From: an uncultured Planctomycetaceae bacterium
GTDB taxonomy: Bacteria; Planctomycetota; Planctomycetia; Isosphaerales; Isosphaeraceae
Direction: 5' to 3'
Assembly: GCA_963833985.1 (NCBI GenBank)
Contig: CAWIAD010000001.1
Span: forward strand, 3,447,122-3,511,121
Length of the DNA stretch: 64,000 bases
Positions 44,742 to 56,860 of the stretch are shown one piece after another. A program made the translations under genes and the position numbers. The notes under the pieces were generated by a model. The model searched no databases. It was not told the origin of the DNA and saw nothing but the letters and a program-made list of their open reading frames with translations. Within the stretch, counting starts at the first letter, position 1. Each line of letters begins with the position of its first letter.

Positions 44742-45191
44742 GTGTTGCGCGACGATATCAACAATTCGCTCAAAGGCGCCATGAAGGCCGGCGACGCGCG
44801 CCGCGTGTCGACGCTGCGGCTGGTCAATGCCGAGATTTTGAAACGCGAGACCAGCGCGGCCGAGCGTGTGACGCTCACCGACGCCGAAATTCTCGACGTC
44901 ATGGGCAAGATGATCAAGCAGCGTCAGGAATCGCTCGACATATACGACAAGGCGGGGCGGAACGACCTCGCCGCGCAGGAGCGCGAAGAGATCGAAATCA
45001 TCGCCGCTTACATGCCGAAGCATTTGTCGGATATCGAAGCCGGCGAGGCCATTTCCGGGCTGATCAAGGAACTCGAAGCCGCCACGATCAAGGACATGGG
45101 CCGGACCATGGCGGCGCTGAAGGAGCGTTTTGCCGGGCAAATGGACTTCAGCAAGGCGAGCGCCATGGTGAAAAAGCTGCTCGCAGGGTAA
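44742..45191 (+). CDS. GatB/YqeY domain protein
   Basis: AMKAGD..RVSTLRL, KQRQES...Y..AGR.DLA, KDMG. Confidence 0.92.
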   Translation: MLRDDINNSLKGAMKAGDARRVSTLRLVNAEILKRETSAAERVTLTDAEILDVMGKMIKQRQESLDIYDKAGRNDLAAQEREEIEIIAAYMPKHLSDIEAGEAISGLIKELEAATIKDMGRTMAALKERFAGQMDFSKASAMVKKLLAG

Positions 45192-45289
45192 TCGCCCCTG
45201 TGGATAACCGGGACAAAGGCCGCGAGCGGCGCCGCGGCAGCCTGCCACCCCCTATTTAATCCGGTTCCAAGCTACACTTCCCAATCACC

Positions 45290-47350
45290 ATGCGATTCTC
45301 GCCGCAATTCCTCGACGAGCTGCGGGCGCGGCTTCCGGTCTCGGAAGTCGTCGGCCGCCGCGTGAAATTGCGCAAAGCCGGCCGCGAGTGGAAGGGGCTG
45401 TCGCCGTTCAACAAGGAGAAGACGCCGTCCTTCTTCGTCAATGACCAGAAGGCGATGTGGTTCGACTTCTCGTCCGGCAAGAACGGCAACATTTTCGACT
45501 TCGTCATGCAGACGGAAGGCGTGAGCTTTCCGGAGGCGGTCGAACGGCTCGCCGGGCAGGCCGGCGTGCCGATGCCGGTCATGACGCGCGAGGCGCAAGC
45601 CTACGAGGAACGACGACAGACGCTGCACGACATCGTCGAGCTTGCGGCAAAATTTTTCGAGGCGAATTTGGCGTCGCGTTCCGGCGCCCGCGGCCGCGGT
45701 TATCTCGCCGACCGCGGCATCACCTCGACGACGCAGCTGAAATTCCGGCTGGGTTACGCGTCGCCCGACCAATATGCGCTCAAGGAGCACCTCGGCGCAG
45801 CGAAGATTCCGGTCGAGGACATGGTGGAAGCGGGCCTTCTCGTCGCCGGCGAGGAAATCGCGGTGCCTTACGACCGCTTTCGCGACCGCGTCATGTTTCC
45901 GATCAGCGACTGGCGCGGACGCGTGATCGCGTTCGGCGGCCGCGCACTCGACAAGGACGTGCCGGCCAAATACCTCAACTCGCCGGAGACGCCGCTCTTC
46001 CACAAGGGTGCGACGCTCTACAACATCGCCGCCGCCCGGGCAGCCGCGCACAACGCCGGCAAGCCGTCGCATTCCGAGCCCGAGAGCTTTGCCGGCCGGG
46101 TCATCGCGGTCGAAGGTTACGTCGACGTCATCGCCATGGTGACGGCGGGCTTCGAGGCGACCGTGGCGCCGCTCGGCACCGCACTGACGGTCGACCAACT
46201 GGCGCTGATGTGGCGGATGGCCGACGAGCCGATCGTCTGCTTCGACGGCGACGACGCCGGCCGCCGCGCCGCCTATCGTGCGCTCGATCTCGCGTTGCCG
46301 CTGGTCAAACCCGGTAAGAGCCTCAAATTGGCGGCGCTTCCGGACGGCCAGGATCCGGACGATCTGGTGCGATCCGGCGGCCGCGAGGCGGTCGAGGACG
46401 TGCTTGTGGCGGCACGTCCGCTCGCCGACATGCTGTGGACGCGCGAGATCGAGGCCGGTCCGTTCACCACGCCGGAGCGGCGTGCGGCGCTCGAGGCGCG
46501 GCTCGGCGAGGTGACCGCAACCATCGCTGACGAGACGGTGCGCCGCTATTACCGGCAGGATTTTGCAGCCCGGCTGCGGGGGCTGTTCGCCCCGGCGGAG
46601 GCCTCGACGCGCCGTCGCACTGGGGAAGGCCGCCCCGGGGAACGGCGCATCGGGGAAGGCCGTACTTGGGAGAATAGAGGCCGTGGCCCCGGTGGCGAGA
46701 CCCGCAACGGTCCGCGCGGCGCCTTCGCCCGTGACGAAGGCTATGGAACGGCGAGCCCCAACCTTCTCGCCAGTCCGTTGCATCGTGGCCATCGCACCGC
46801 GATACCGCGCCGCGAGGCCCTCATCCTGCAGGCGGCGATCAACCACCCGTGGCTTTTGCACGATCACCTGGAGGAACTGGCCGAAACCGAGTTCCGCCAC
46901 GCCGATACCAGGAAACTCAAGGCCGCCCTGATCGACGCCCACTCGCATCGGTTCGGTCACGAGGGCGGGCAAGAAGCCGGTCATGACGCCGGCCATAAGG
47001 TCGAGGTCGACCGCGTGGAGCTATTTGCGGAACTGACCCGGACCGGCTTTGCCGAGCTGCTCGGGCGCATCGAGCGCACCATCACCACGCGGTCGGTCTG
47101 GGGGGCGCGGGCGGAGGCAGCGGCGGGCGATGTTTTGCTGACCTGGAAGCAGCTTCTTGCCTTGCATAGACAATGGCATTCCCTAACTAGGGAGCTGAAG
47201 GACGCAGAACTGGCGCTCGGTCAGGACAATAGCGAGGCGAACTACGTCCGGCTGCGCGATGTCAAATCCAGGCTGTCCACAATCGATGGGACCGAGGCTC
47301 TGATCGAGGGGTTCGGCGATCAGTCCGGCAGGCCTTCGCGCTCGATGTAG
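45290..47350 (+). CDS. dnaG: DNA primase
   Basis: PFNKEKTPSF, DRFRDRVMFPI, KYLNSPET, VEGYVDV, DPDD. Confidence 0.97.
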   Translation: MRFSPQFLDELRARLPVSEVVGRRVKLRKAGREWKGLSPFNKEKTPSFFVNDQKAMWFDFSSGKNGNIFDFVMQTEGVSFPEAVERLAGQAGVPMPVMTREAQAYEERRQTLHDIVELAAKFFEANLASRSGARGRGYLADRGITSTTQLKFRLGYASPDQYALKEHLGAAKIPVEDMVEAGLLVAGEEIAVPYDRFRDRVMFPISDWRGRVIAFGGRALDKDVPAKYLNSPETPLFHKGATLYNIAAARAAAHNAGKPSHSEPESFAGRVIAVEGYVDVIAMVTAGFEATVAPLGTALTVDQLALMWRMADEPIVCFDGDDAGRRAAYRALDLALPLVKPGKSLKLAALPDGQDPDDLVRSGGREAVEDVLVAARPLADMLWTREIEAGPFTTPERRAALEARLGEVTATIADETVRRYYRQDFAARLRGLFAPAEASTRRRTGEGRPGERRIGEGRTWENRGRGPGGETRNGPRGAFARDEGYGTASPNLLASPLHRGHRTAIPRREALILQAAINHPWLLHDHLEELAETEFRHADTRKLKAALIDAHSHRFGHEGGQEAGHDAGHKVEVDRVELFAELTRTGFAELLGRIERTITTRSVWGARAEAAAGDVLLTWKQLLALHRQWHSLTRELKDAELALGQDNSEANYVRLRDVKSRLSTIDGTEALIEGFGDQSGRPSRSM

Positions 47351-47723
47351 CGCGCCCGCCGTGGAGAGTTTATGGGCACGAATTGGCCGCCCCGGCGCTG
47401 GACGCCTCGATAGTGAGGGAATAAGACGGCGCGCGCGGTCAACAGGGTTAGTCGGAGCTTAACGGAGTTCCGGGACAAGTAAGGGGCATTGATTCGGGCG
47501 GCGCCGGCTGGCGCTGCCCCTTTTTGGCCGTGGTGACGGGCTTTGGAGCCCGCGACCCGGCTGGTCTGAAAGTGCCTGCCCGGTCAGTCCGCCAGCGGTG
47601 GACAATGACCATAGGGTAGGGGCCCGACATGGGAGCCGTCCGCGAAAGCGTGGACAGCCCCCATAGGGTCGGGACGAAGCAGTGCCGCGCGGCGGTAGGG
47701 ACAGGGCGTTCGTGGAGATAAAA

Positions 47724-49897
<2,174 letters not shown>

Positions 49898-49905
49898 ATC
49901 AGAAC

Positions 49906-50170
49906 GTCACCCTGAGGTGCGCGCCAAAGGCGCGCCCATCAAGTCGGCTGTTGCCGACTTGAAGTCTAAAATTCCGAAATCGGATAAATCGCTTTCGGTT
50001 GGGGCGATGGCTCTGGACGGCAAGTCCGCGCATCCTTCGAGGCTCGCTGCGCTCGCACCTCAGGATGACGGATTGCACACCTCGTCATGCCCGGCCTTGT
50101 GCCGGGCATCCACGTCTTTGGCACCGAGACACTTAAGACGTGGATGGCCGGGACAAGCCCGGCCATGACA
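49906..50170. repeat. cluster of nested/adjacent palindromic REP-like elements
   Basis: GTCACCCTGAGGTGCG...CGCACCTCAGGATGAC enclosing TCAAGTCGGC/GCCGACTTGA; followed by GTCATGCCCGG..CCACGTC..GACGTGG..CCGGCCATGAC. Confidence 0.8.
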
Positions 50171-50212
50171 AGTCCGGCCATGTGGATGTCTCAGTAAAAA
50201 ATGTTGCGTCGA

Positions 50213-50737
50213 TTATCTAAACAGATCGTCGGCTACATAATTGACAAAACGCAGCGCCAGACGCGCCTTTGTTATTATTTCGTCCGAAGTATCGGACAAT
50301 GTGTAGGCAAGCATGTTGCGATGAACTATTAAATTCCGCTGCGACCCCAAAAACATGAACGCAGCGACAGACGCTGCAAGCTCAGGGTCCTCTTTGAGGC
50401 GCTTAGCTGCTTTTATCTTCGTGGCTTCTCCGAACAGGCTAAAGAACTTCGTTGCCGTAGAAGTCTTCCAATCAAACCACGAGTGATATTTCTGCTCAAT
50501 CGCTGCAATTCGGCAGAATTCAACGACCGTTTGGTCCTTAGCGTTTCGCTCAATGTAATTCAGGACGATTTGAGTGAGAAAGTCCTCAAAAAAACTCGCG
50601 GTTGCAACGATTAGCGTCTTTGCAAGGGAGCCTTCTATACCATTCGCTCGAGATATCTCGTTGTGAGAGATTAGAAACGCTGACGTTTCCTTTAAAGATG
50701 AGAAGAACGTTTCGATATGATCGATGGTCGTCGGCAT
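50213..50737 (-). CDS. HEPN-domain putative RNase (RiboL-PSP/MAE_28990-like)
   Basis: ASFFE upstream motif and R-x4-H (RNLIVH); AT-rich; downstream of a DUF262 gene. Confidence 0.82.
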   Translation of the reverse strand: MPTTIDHIETFFSSLKETSAFLISHNEISRANGIEGSLAKTLIVATASFFEDFLTQIVLNYIERNAKDQTVVEFCRIAAIEQKYHSWFDWKTSTATKFFSLFGEATKIKAAKRLKEDPELAASVAAFMFLGSQRNLIVHRNMLAYTLSDTSDEIITKARLALRFVNYVADDLFR

Positions 50738-50741
50738 GGCG

Positions 50742-53153
50742 CTATTTCAAAATTGCTTTTGCTCTCTCGTATCTTACGTTGACATTTTTCGTTTGGCCTG
50801 TTGCGAAGCGCGACGCTTGAACAAATTTTTCATCTGCTCGCAGGGTATCAAATCGTTCTCCTGACGGTGCTTTGATTTTTTTGTTGTGTTCTTTGAAAGC
50901 CCGTTCGCAGAGGACTCTGAACGTTGCTTCGAAAATGGAAATGTTAAATCGAACCCTGCTTGTCACCGAAAATATTGTGCGTGGCTGATCTTTCACTGCC
51001 TCGAAGAAAGCATTGAACAATTCTTCGCTGTAACGGACTTCTTCGACCGAAAATGTGGATGATTTTTTCGCAAATGAATTTAGGAATAACCCCATCGGGT
51101 CGCGATATTCATTTCCTTCGGCGAGCATTGCGAATGAGCGGAGAAGAATTTCAGTTTCTTTTAAGATTGATGTCCGGCTCTGGACGGTGAATGAATTTTC
51201 GCCACACGGGATGAAATGTCATCCGATCCAACATATTCATGAAGGCTGCATTGGTATAGGCTAGCGCGTATTTCCTGCGCGGTGAGGTTTACTCCTCCGG
51301 TGTTTAGTCGATTGAATATTTCGAAGATTGACGAAGTTGCGATCTTCGCTGGGTGCGGTCTGCCGTATAATAATGTTGCGGATGACGGTTAGGTCGAGTG
51401 CGGTTTTAAATTCACCGAGTGTGGCGTAGTTCTGGTCGTGGAACCTTGACGCGCCTTTTCCAGTCTGTGCCGGTAGATGCAGGTTGAATTTAGAGAAAAA
51501 CTTGCGTCTTCGAATATTTCGGTCGGTATTTTACCAGAGGTGGTCTCGTTTTCCGGAAAAGAATGGCGGCTTGGCTAAGGTGGAATCTGGGTTCGATTAC
51601 GCTGCCAATTTCTCCTTGTTTGCCTGCGTAGCATAGACCTCATCGGGCGTCCTGCCGCCGAAGACCGAGTGGGGTCGATCGGCGTTGTAGTAGCCGATCC
51701 AACATCCGATCCCGGTTCTTGCCTCGCTGCCGGTCCCGAAGGCATTGAGGAAGACGCATTCGTATTTAAGCGATCGCCACAGCCGCTCGATGAAGACTAT
51801 GTTCATCCAGCGGCCGCGACATCCATCGATATGCGGATGTCGGCCTCCCTCAATGTGTTGGTGAAGGCAAAGCTCGTGAACTGCGAGATTTCATCTCTGT
51901 GGAAGATCGCCGGCTCACCGAAGCGGGCAATCGCCTCCTCCAGTGTTGAGACGCAGAACTTAGATTACATCGTGTTCGATAGTCTCCAGCTCAGAACCTT
52001 CGGCTCAACCAGTCCATGATCGCGACGAGGTACAGGAAGCCTCTGCGCATCGGAATGTAAGTCACGTCCGCGCACCAGACCTGGTTCGGCCGATCGATGG
52101 TCAGATGGCGAAGCAGATACGGCCATATCCGGTGCTGGGGGTGTGGTTCGCTGGTCTTTGGCCGCTGGTAGATCGGCGCCAAACCCATCTTCAGCATCAG
52201 CCGACGGACACGATGGCGCCCAACGCACCAGCCATTGCGACGCACGTGGCGCCATCTGCCGTGAGCCGTACCACGGCGTCTCGAGGAACTGCTCGTCGAT
52301 GAGACGCATCAGCCGCAGCGTCTCTTCGTTCTCCGCTGTCGGCTCACGGTAGAATGACGAGCGGCTGATCGACGCCAGCTCACACTGGCGTACGATCGAG
52401 AGCCGTCGATGACCGGGATCGATCATCATCTTCCTCCGATCCAGGCTCAGCGATCGAAGGCTTTCGACAAAAAATCCCGCTCCACAACAAGTTGGCCATC
52501 TTGGCGTGAAGCTTGGTGATCTCGCCGTCCCGGCTCTTCTCGCGCTCGGTGCCGATCGCCGAACACCTGGGCCAGCTTCTCCACCGCCTCGCGCTTCCAC
52601 GCTGCAATCTGCGTCGGATGCAGCTCGTGCCTAGTCGCCAGCTCTGCAACCGTCTCGTGGCCCTTGATCGCCTCAAGCGCAACCTTGGCTTTGAACTCAG
52701 CCGAAAACCGTCTCCGAGTTTCATGGTGGTTCATCCTCTGCATCGGCGAAACCACCTTAGCCCGCTGTCTCAGGAACTGACCCGCTCTCTGCAAAGATGT
52801 GTCGCAGTTGAATTCTCTTATCCTTGCGTGGGAAGCGACCGTTCACGAAATGTAGATCGACATCAGTCGTTGCTGTCCGTCGATAACCAAAAATGAATTG
52901 CGAGCTTGCTCATATAAAAATATCTCGGGTATTGGCAAACCCATTAGAAGCAATTCGATCAGCCGGGAGGCGCGTTCGATGTCCCACACGTAATTACGTT
53001 GAAAGCCGGGAAATCTTTGACCACTCCGCTTTCGACAAAGTCGACAATGGTTTTGATATTGAAGTCATTCGGGGTTGCTGTGATTTGATAGTCTTTGAAA
53101 CTGGCGTCTTCAATAACGCTATCATCGCCCTCAAACCATGCCTAGTTGGCCAT
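50742..53153 (-). pseudogene. DUF262 (GmrSD/ParB-like) gene interrupted by an IS and carrying an early stop and frameshifts
   Basis: manual minus-strand translation: RBS GGAGG, MAN*AWFEGDD..., FQRNYVWD, LVIDGQQRL right of the IS; IFEIFNRLNTGG left of the IS; C-terminus in ORF 50742-51128. Confidence 0.85.
51537..52789 (-). mobile_element. IS3-family insertion sequence (~1.25 kb) with frameshifted orfA/orfB
   Basis: orfA RRFSAEFKAKVALEA; orfB PWYGSRQM, PNQVWCADVTYIP, FIERLWRSLKYE, YN..RPH; inverted GGCTAAGGTGG near both ends. Confidence 0.9.
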
Positions 53154-53328
53154 TTATGTGCCTCCGCTTCAAAACGGGAGATTTATAAACGCATCGCGAT
53201 GACTGGTGGCGGTGAAAAATCCCCGAGATCTAAAATCTTAGTGAGCCTACCAGGGGTATGCAAGTCCTGCAATTAACTCGCGGTATTGCGCAAACCGAAT
53301 CAACTCTGTGTCGCCGTTACCGTGACCC

Positions 53329-53357
53329 TTGACATTAGTCACCGATTGTGTTACGCA
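53329..53357 (+). promoter_or_regulatory. putative sigma70 promoter facing a non-coding structured region
   Basis: TTGACA-N17-TACGCA. Confidence 0.5.
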
Positions 53358-53363
53358 ACGCAA

Positions 53364-53760
53364 TCTCGCTCATGAGGGACGCCTTCCGGAAGGCAAGCCT
53401 GAAAAGCGGAGCGAGAGCGGTGCCCGCGCGCGGATTTGCAGTCCGTTCCCGGGCGGCTTCGGGGTCCCGCTGGTCCGGCACGACGACCGGTCTGCGAGGA
53501 GCTCGCTGGACTGGGACAGGGGAAGGCGGGCAAAACTCCTGCTCAAATCCAAGTCCCAGGAAACGCGGTTCTGGAGCTCAGTCATCGGGGTGACAGCCGG
53601 TGGCGAGTGCCGCGTGTGGAGCGCCGGAAGGCGAGCGCGCCCCGACATTTTCGGCGCGCATCCGCGTGGCAGATAGGTTTGCGCCGACTGCGTATACTTG
53701 TCTGCGGTGCGCGGACAATGGATGGCATGCGCCTTTCGGCGCTCCGCCTCCCTTTTTTGT
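53364..53760 (+). ncRNA. candidate ~400-nt structured RNA or long structured repeat
   Basis: no convincing ORF; 16-bp long-range helix 53618-53633/53730-53745 enclosing further hairpins, then a U-tract. Confidence 0.4.
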
Positions 53761-53939
53761 CGTCGTAAGCGGCAAATCAACAAAACTCGGGCGCGTATGC
53801 GCCGCGGGAACGTTCTCTTATGTCGTCATTGCCGGGCAACAGGCGCGAAGCGCCGCCGTCCTTCGTACGGCTATGCCCGGTGGTGACGAAAGGGGAAGCC
53901 GAAACCGAGGCGTTACAGCGCCGCGGAAAGCGATTTGCT

Positions 53940-54092
53940 TCACCCTCTCCCCTCGGGAGAGGGTGTGAGCTAGCTCCAGCGAGCGAAGCGGGTGAGGGGT
54001 TTTGTGTAAAAAGCCGAGCGCGAAGATACCCTCACCCGGCTCGGCCGCGCTGCGCGCGACCTCGCCACCCTCTCCCGCAAGGGGAGAGGGAA
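53940..54092. repeat. CCCTCTCCC...GGGAGAGGG doublet palindromic repeat
   Basis: two CCCTCTCCC/GGGAGAGGG hairpins flanking the GGGTGAGGG/CCCTCACCC pair. Confidence 0.8.
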
Positions 54093-54118
54093 AAGAGGCG
54101 ATGAGCGGGAGTAGAGAC

Positions 54119-54556
54119 CTACACCGCGGCGACGGTGGCCACCTCGACCAGCAAATCTTCGCGCACCAGCCGGTCGACGATGAGGAGCGTGTTGGGCGGA
54201 TAGGCGCCGCCGTGAAACAGGCCGGGGAATTCGCGGGCGCGATACTGCGCGAATTTCGCAATGTCCTGGGAGTGGACCAGATAGCTGGTGAAGGAGACGA
54301 TATTGGCAAAACCCGCGCCCTGCGAGGCGAGCGCCGCGCCGATATTGGCAAATACCAGCGCGCATTGCGCCTCGAAGTCGGCGGGCACCCTGCCGTCTCT
54401 GTCCATGCCGATTTGGCCGGCGATGAACAGGAATTCCGACGCTTTCACGCGCGCAATGTTCGAATAGGCGGCCACCGGCTTGCCGAGACTGTCCGGATTG
54501 AGATGCTTGATATTCGCCTTCGTATCAGACACGGGCGCCTCCATTTGTTCTCCCAT
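54119..54556 (-). CDS. RidA/YjgF family protein
   Basis: FIAGQIG, FEAQ..LVFANI, PPNTLLIV..L...LLVEV. Confidence 0.88.
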   Translation of the reverse strand: MGEQMEAPVSDTKANIKHLNPDSLGKPVAAYSNIARVKASEFLFIAGQIGMDRDGRVPADFEAQCALVFANIGAALASQGAGFANIVSFTSYLVHSQDIAKFAQYRAREFPGLFHGGAYPPNTLLIVDRLVREDLLVEVATVAAV

Positions 54557-54625
54557 CGCGATGCGGGAGGAGGCGATATCTTACCCCGTCCAGGCCGACC
54601 CTGCCCGAGCTCGTGCCGGCCAAGC

Positions 54626-55963
54626 CTACCCGGCCCAGGCGAGCTTCGGTGCGCCAGGGTCAATGCCGGTTTCGCCGACCACGCAATTGCGGCCGGCGGA
54701 TTTCGCCATGTAGAGCCGCCGGTCGGCACGGTCGAACAGATCCTCGTAATCCGTGGCGTCGTCGGCGCAGCTCGCAAGCCCGATGCTCACAGTGACGAGC
54801 GGCACGTCGGCTTCCATGTGGCTTGCGACATCGCGGCGGATGCGCTCGCCGAGCGCCACCGCTGCGACACGCGTCAGATCGTCGGCGATCACCACGAACT
54901 CCTCGCCGCCATAGCGGAACACGGTGTCGCCCGGCCGGACGGTCGCGGTGATGATGCGCACGATGCGCTGCAGAACGATGTCGCCCGAAGCATGTCCGAA
55001 GCGGTCGTTGAAGCTCTTGAAATGGTCGATGTCGATGATGAGAAGGCTCAGCGGCCGGCCGGCGAGTGCTGCCTCTTCGACGCGCTTGCGCCCCAGATGC
55101 TCGAGCCGGCCGCGGTCGAGCGCGCCGGTCAGAGCGTCGCGGCCGGAGCGCGCCAGCAAATCCTCGTAGCGCTCGCGATAGGTGAGGAGGTCGAACACAT
55201 CCACGATGCGCGGCGGGCGCTTGGTGCGGCGGCGCGGCAGTTCCACCCAGTGCAGATAGACGGCGCCGAGGCCGCTATAGATCGCGACCGCCGCCATTTT
55301 CGAAGCCCAGCCGCCGTACAAAACCGCAAGCGGCGCGCCGGTGAGAAAGCGCAGGCCCGCATAAAACGCGAATTGATCGAAGGTCAGCACCAACGCGCCG
55401 GTCAACACCAGCCGCGGCAGCACGCGGCCGCCAATGAAGGCGCGCGAGCGCTCGTAGATCAGGATCATCATGATGCAATCGGCGAACAGGATCAGCGTGC
55501 CCCACACCATCAGCGCGCCCATCTCGTCGAGAAAACCGAAATCGGCGTGGCGGTTCGCCGCCAGCGCCTCGACGCCGTGCTGGCGCGTGAGGAAGGCGAG
55601 CGCGAACAGCAGAAGGTTGCCGATCAGGAGTCCGTAGATCGGCTGGCGCACCACCACCGCGTCCTCGCGGATGTACACCAAAAGGAGCAGCATGAGCTTG
55701 CCGGTGAACAGCACCGTCGAGCCAGGCGAGGCGACGATGCCGAACGGCAGCGGCACGTAGAGGATGCTGGCGAGATAGGTCTCGAGGAAGTGCATGACGC
55801 CGAGCGCGCAGAAGAAGGCGCCGATGCCGATGCGATGGCGGGCGCGAAACAACGCCGCCAGCACAGCGAAGTAAATCAGCGCGTCGGCGACGAGGAGCAG
55901 CGCGTTTGCCGTGTTGGGCGTCAGCAGCGGGACGATCGCTGCGCTGGTCTCGGACATCGCCAA
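54626..55963 (-). CDS. membrane-bound diguanylate cyclase
   Basis: N-terminal multi-TM domain; DIDHFK..ND..GH..GD, RPGD I-site, RYGGEEF. Confidence 0.93.
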   Translation of the reverse strand: MAMSETSAAIVPLLTPNTANALLLVADALIYFAVLAALFRARHRIGIGAFFCALGVMHFLETYLASILYVPLPFGIVASPGSTVLFTGKLMLLLLVYIREDAVVVRQPIYGLLIGNLLLFALAFLTRQHGVEALAANRHADFGFLDEMGALMVWGTLILFADCIMMILIYERSRAFIGGRVLPRLVLTGALVLTFDQFAFYAGLRFLTGAPLAVLYGGWASKMAAVAIYSGLGAVYLHWVELPRRRTKRPPRIVDVFDLLTYRERYEDLLARSGRDALTGALDRGRLEHLGRKRVEEAALAGRPLSLLIIDIDHFKSFNDRFGHASGDIVLQRIVRIITATVRPGDTVFRYGGEEFVVIADDLTRVAAVALGERIRRDVASHMEADVPLVTVSIGLASCADDATDYEDLFDRADRRLYMAKSAGRNCVVGETGIDPGAPKLAWAG

Positions 55964-56131
55964 AATTCCCCGGCGAGTCCGGTAAAGTCACTCCCGATGC
56001 GGGCGCTCGCCGGCTTTTCGATACCAGCGGCGGGTTAACGGAGGCGGAATAGAGGGCCAAGGATCGGGCGGAAAGGTAAATTCACCATTTCCGGGCGATG
56101 CTTTCCGCTTCGCGACGGATGAAGGAACAAA

Positions 56132-56386
56132 TCAGCCCGCTGCGGAATAGTCGCGTTCTTTTTTCTTGGCGCCGGTGCGGGCGATGCTCTTGATCTTGAG
56201 CGCCGGCCTGCCGGATTTCTCGGCGATGTCACGATCCTGCTCGATGAGGAATTCATGCGCCGGCTTGTCGCCGTCGAGCCCGCCGGTCAGCGCGCGCGGT
56301 ACCTTGCGGTTCGAGCGTTGCGAGCCGTCCTCATAGACGACGTCGAACATGACGAATTCGGAATTCAATCCCGGCTTTCTCGGCAT
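56132..56386 (-). CDS. small conserved hypothetical protein
   Basis: FVMFDVVYEDGSQRSNRKVP..GGLDGD. Confidence 0.75.
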   Translation of the reverse strand: MPRKPGLNSEFVMFDVVYEDGSQRSNRKVPRALTGGLDGDKPAHEFLIEQDRDIAEKSGRPALKIKSIARTGAKKKERDYSAAG

Positions 56387-56650
56387 GGTTTTTCTCGCTG
56401 TTTGTTTTTGCGCATGACTTTTTCCGAAAACCGGCGGTCGCTTTTCGGAATCATGCGTAATGTCCGCATACAAAAGAAAATACCGGCGCCAGTATGGCGC
56501 CGGCGTTTGCTTGTCGGTGTTATCAAGTCCGAAAACCGCAGGCGGCTTTCGGAATCACTATGTTTCCGGGCGTGATCTTATCCGAAAACCGGTGACCACT
56601 TTTCGGGGTCACGCCGTATTTTCGGGCTCGCGCCCTTATATAGTGAGCGA

Positions 56651-56860
56651 TCAGGCCGCTTGCAGATTGACGGCGGCAGACTTGCCGCTGCGGCGGTCGG
56701 CCTCGATGTCGAACGAGAGCTTCTGGCCCTCGTTGAGGCTGCGCATGCCGGCACGCTCGACGGCGGAGATGTGAACGAACACATCCGGGCCGCCGGCGTC
56801 CTGCACGATAAAGCCGTAGCCCTTTTGGGCGTTGAAAAACTTAACGGTACCTGTAGCCAT
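56651..56860 (-). CDS. cold-shock protein
   Basis: [23 protein letters not shown]. Confidence 0.96.
   Translation of the reverse strand: MATGTVKFFNAQKGYGFIVQDAGGPDVFVHISAVERAGMRSLNEGQKLSFDIEADRRSGKSAAVNLQAA

Noticed and set aside
53142..53144. Stop-codon readthrough (pyrrolysine/amber) at codon 4 of the DUF262 gene
   Set aside because: No pyl genes seen, TAG is used as a normal stop elsewhere in the window, and the gene is otherwise disrupted
52893..53276. Plus-strand 127-aa ORF in the island
   Set aside because: Antisense to the DUF262 N-terminus, whose motifs are on the minus strand
53364..53760. RNase P, tmRNA, SRP RNA or group II intron
   Set aside because: No GAGGAAAGUCC, tRNA-like ends or recognisable domain V seen; retained only as an unknown structured candidate
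54002..56038. Long plus-strand ORF of 678 aa (and similar antisense ORFs at 34772-36691, 45272-46996, 48386-49855)
   Set aside because: Shadow ORFs opposite real genes in high-GC DNA, with no recognisable motifs
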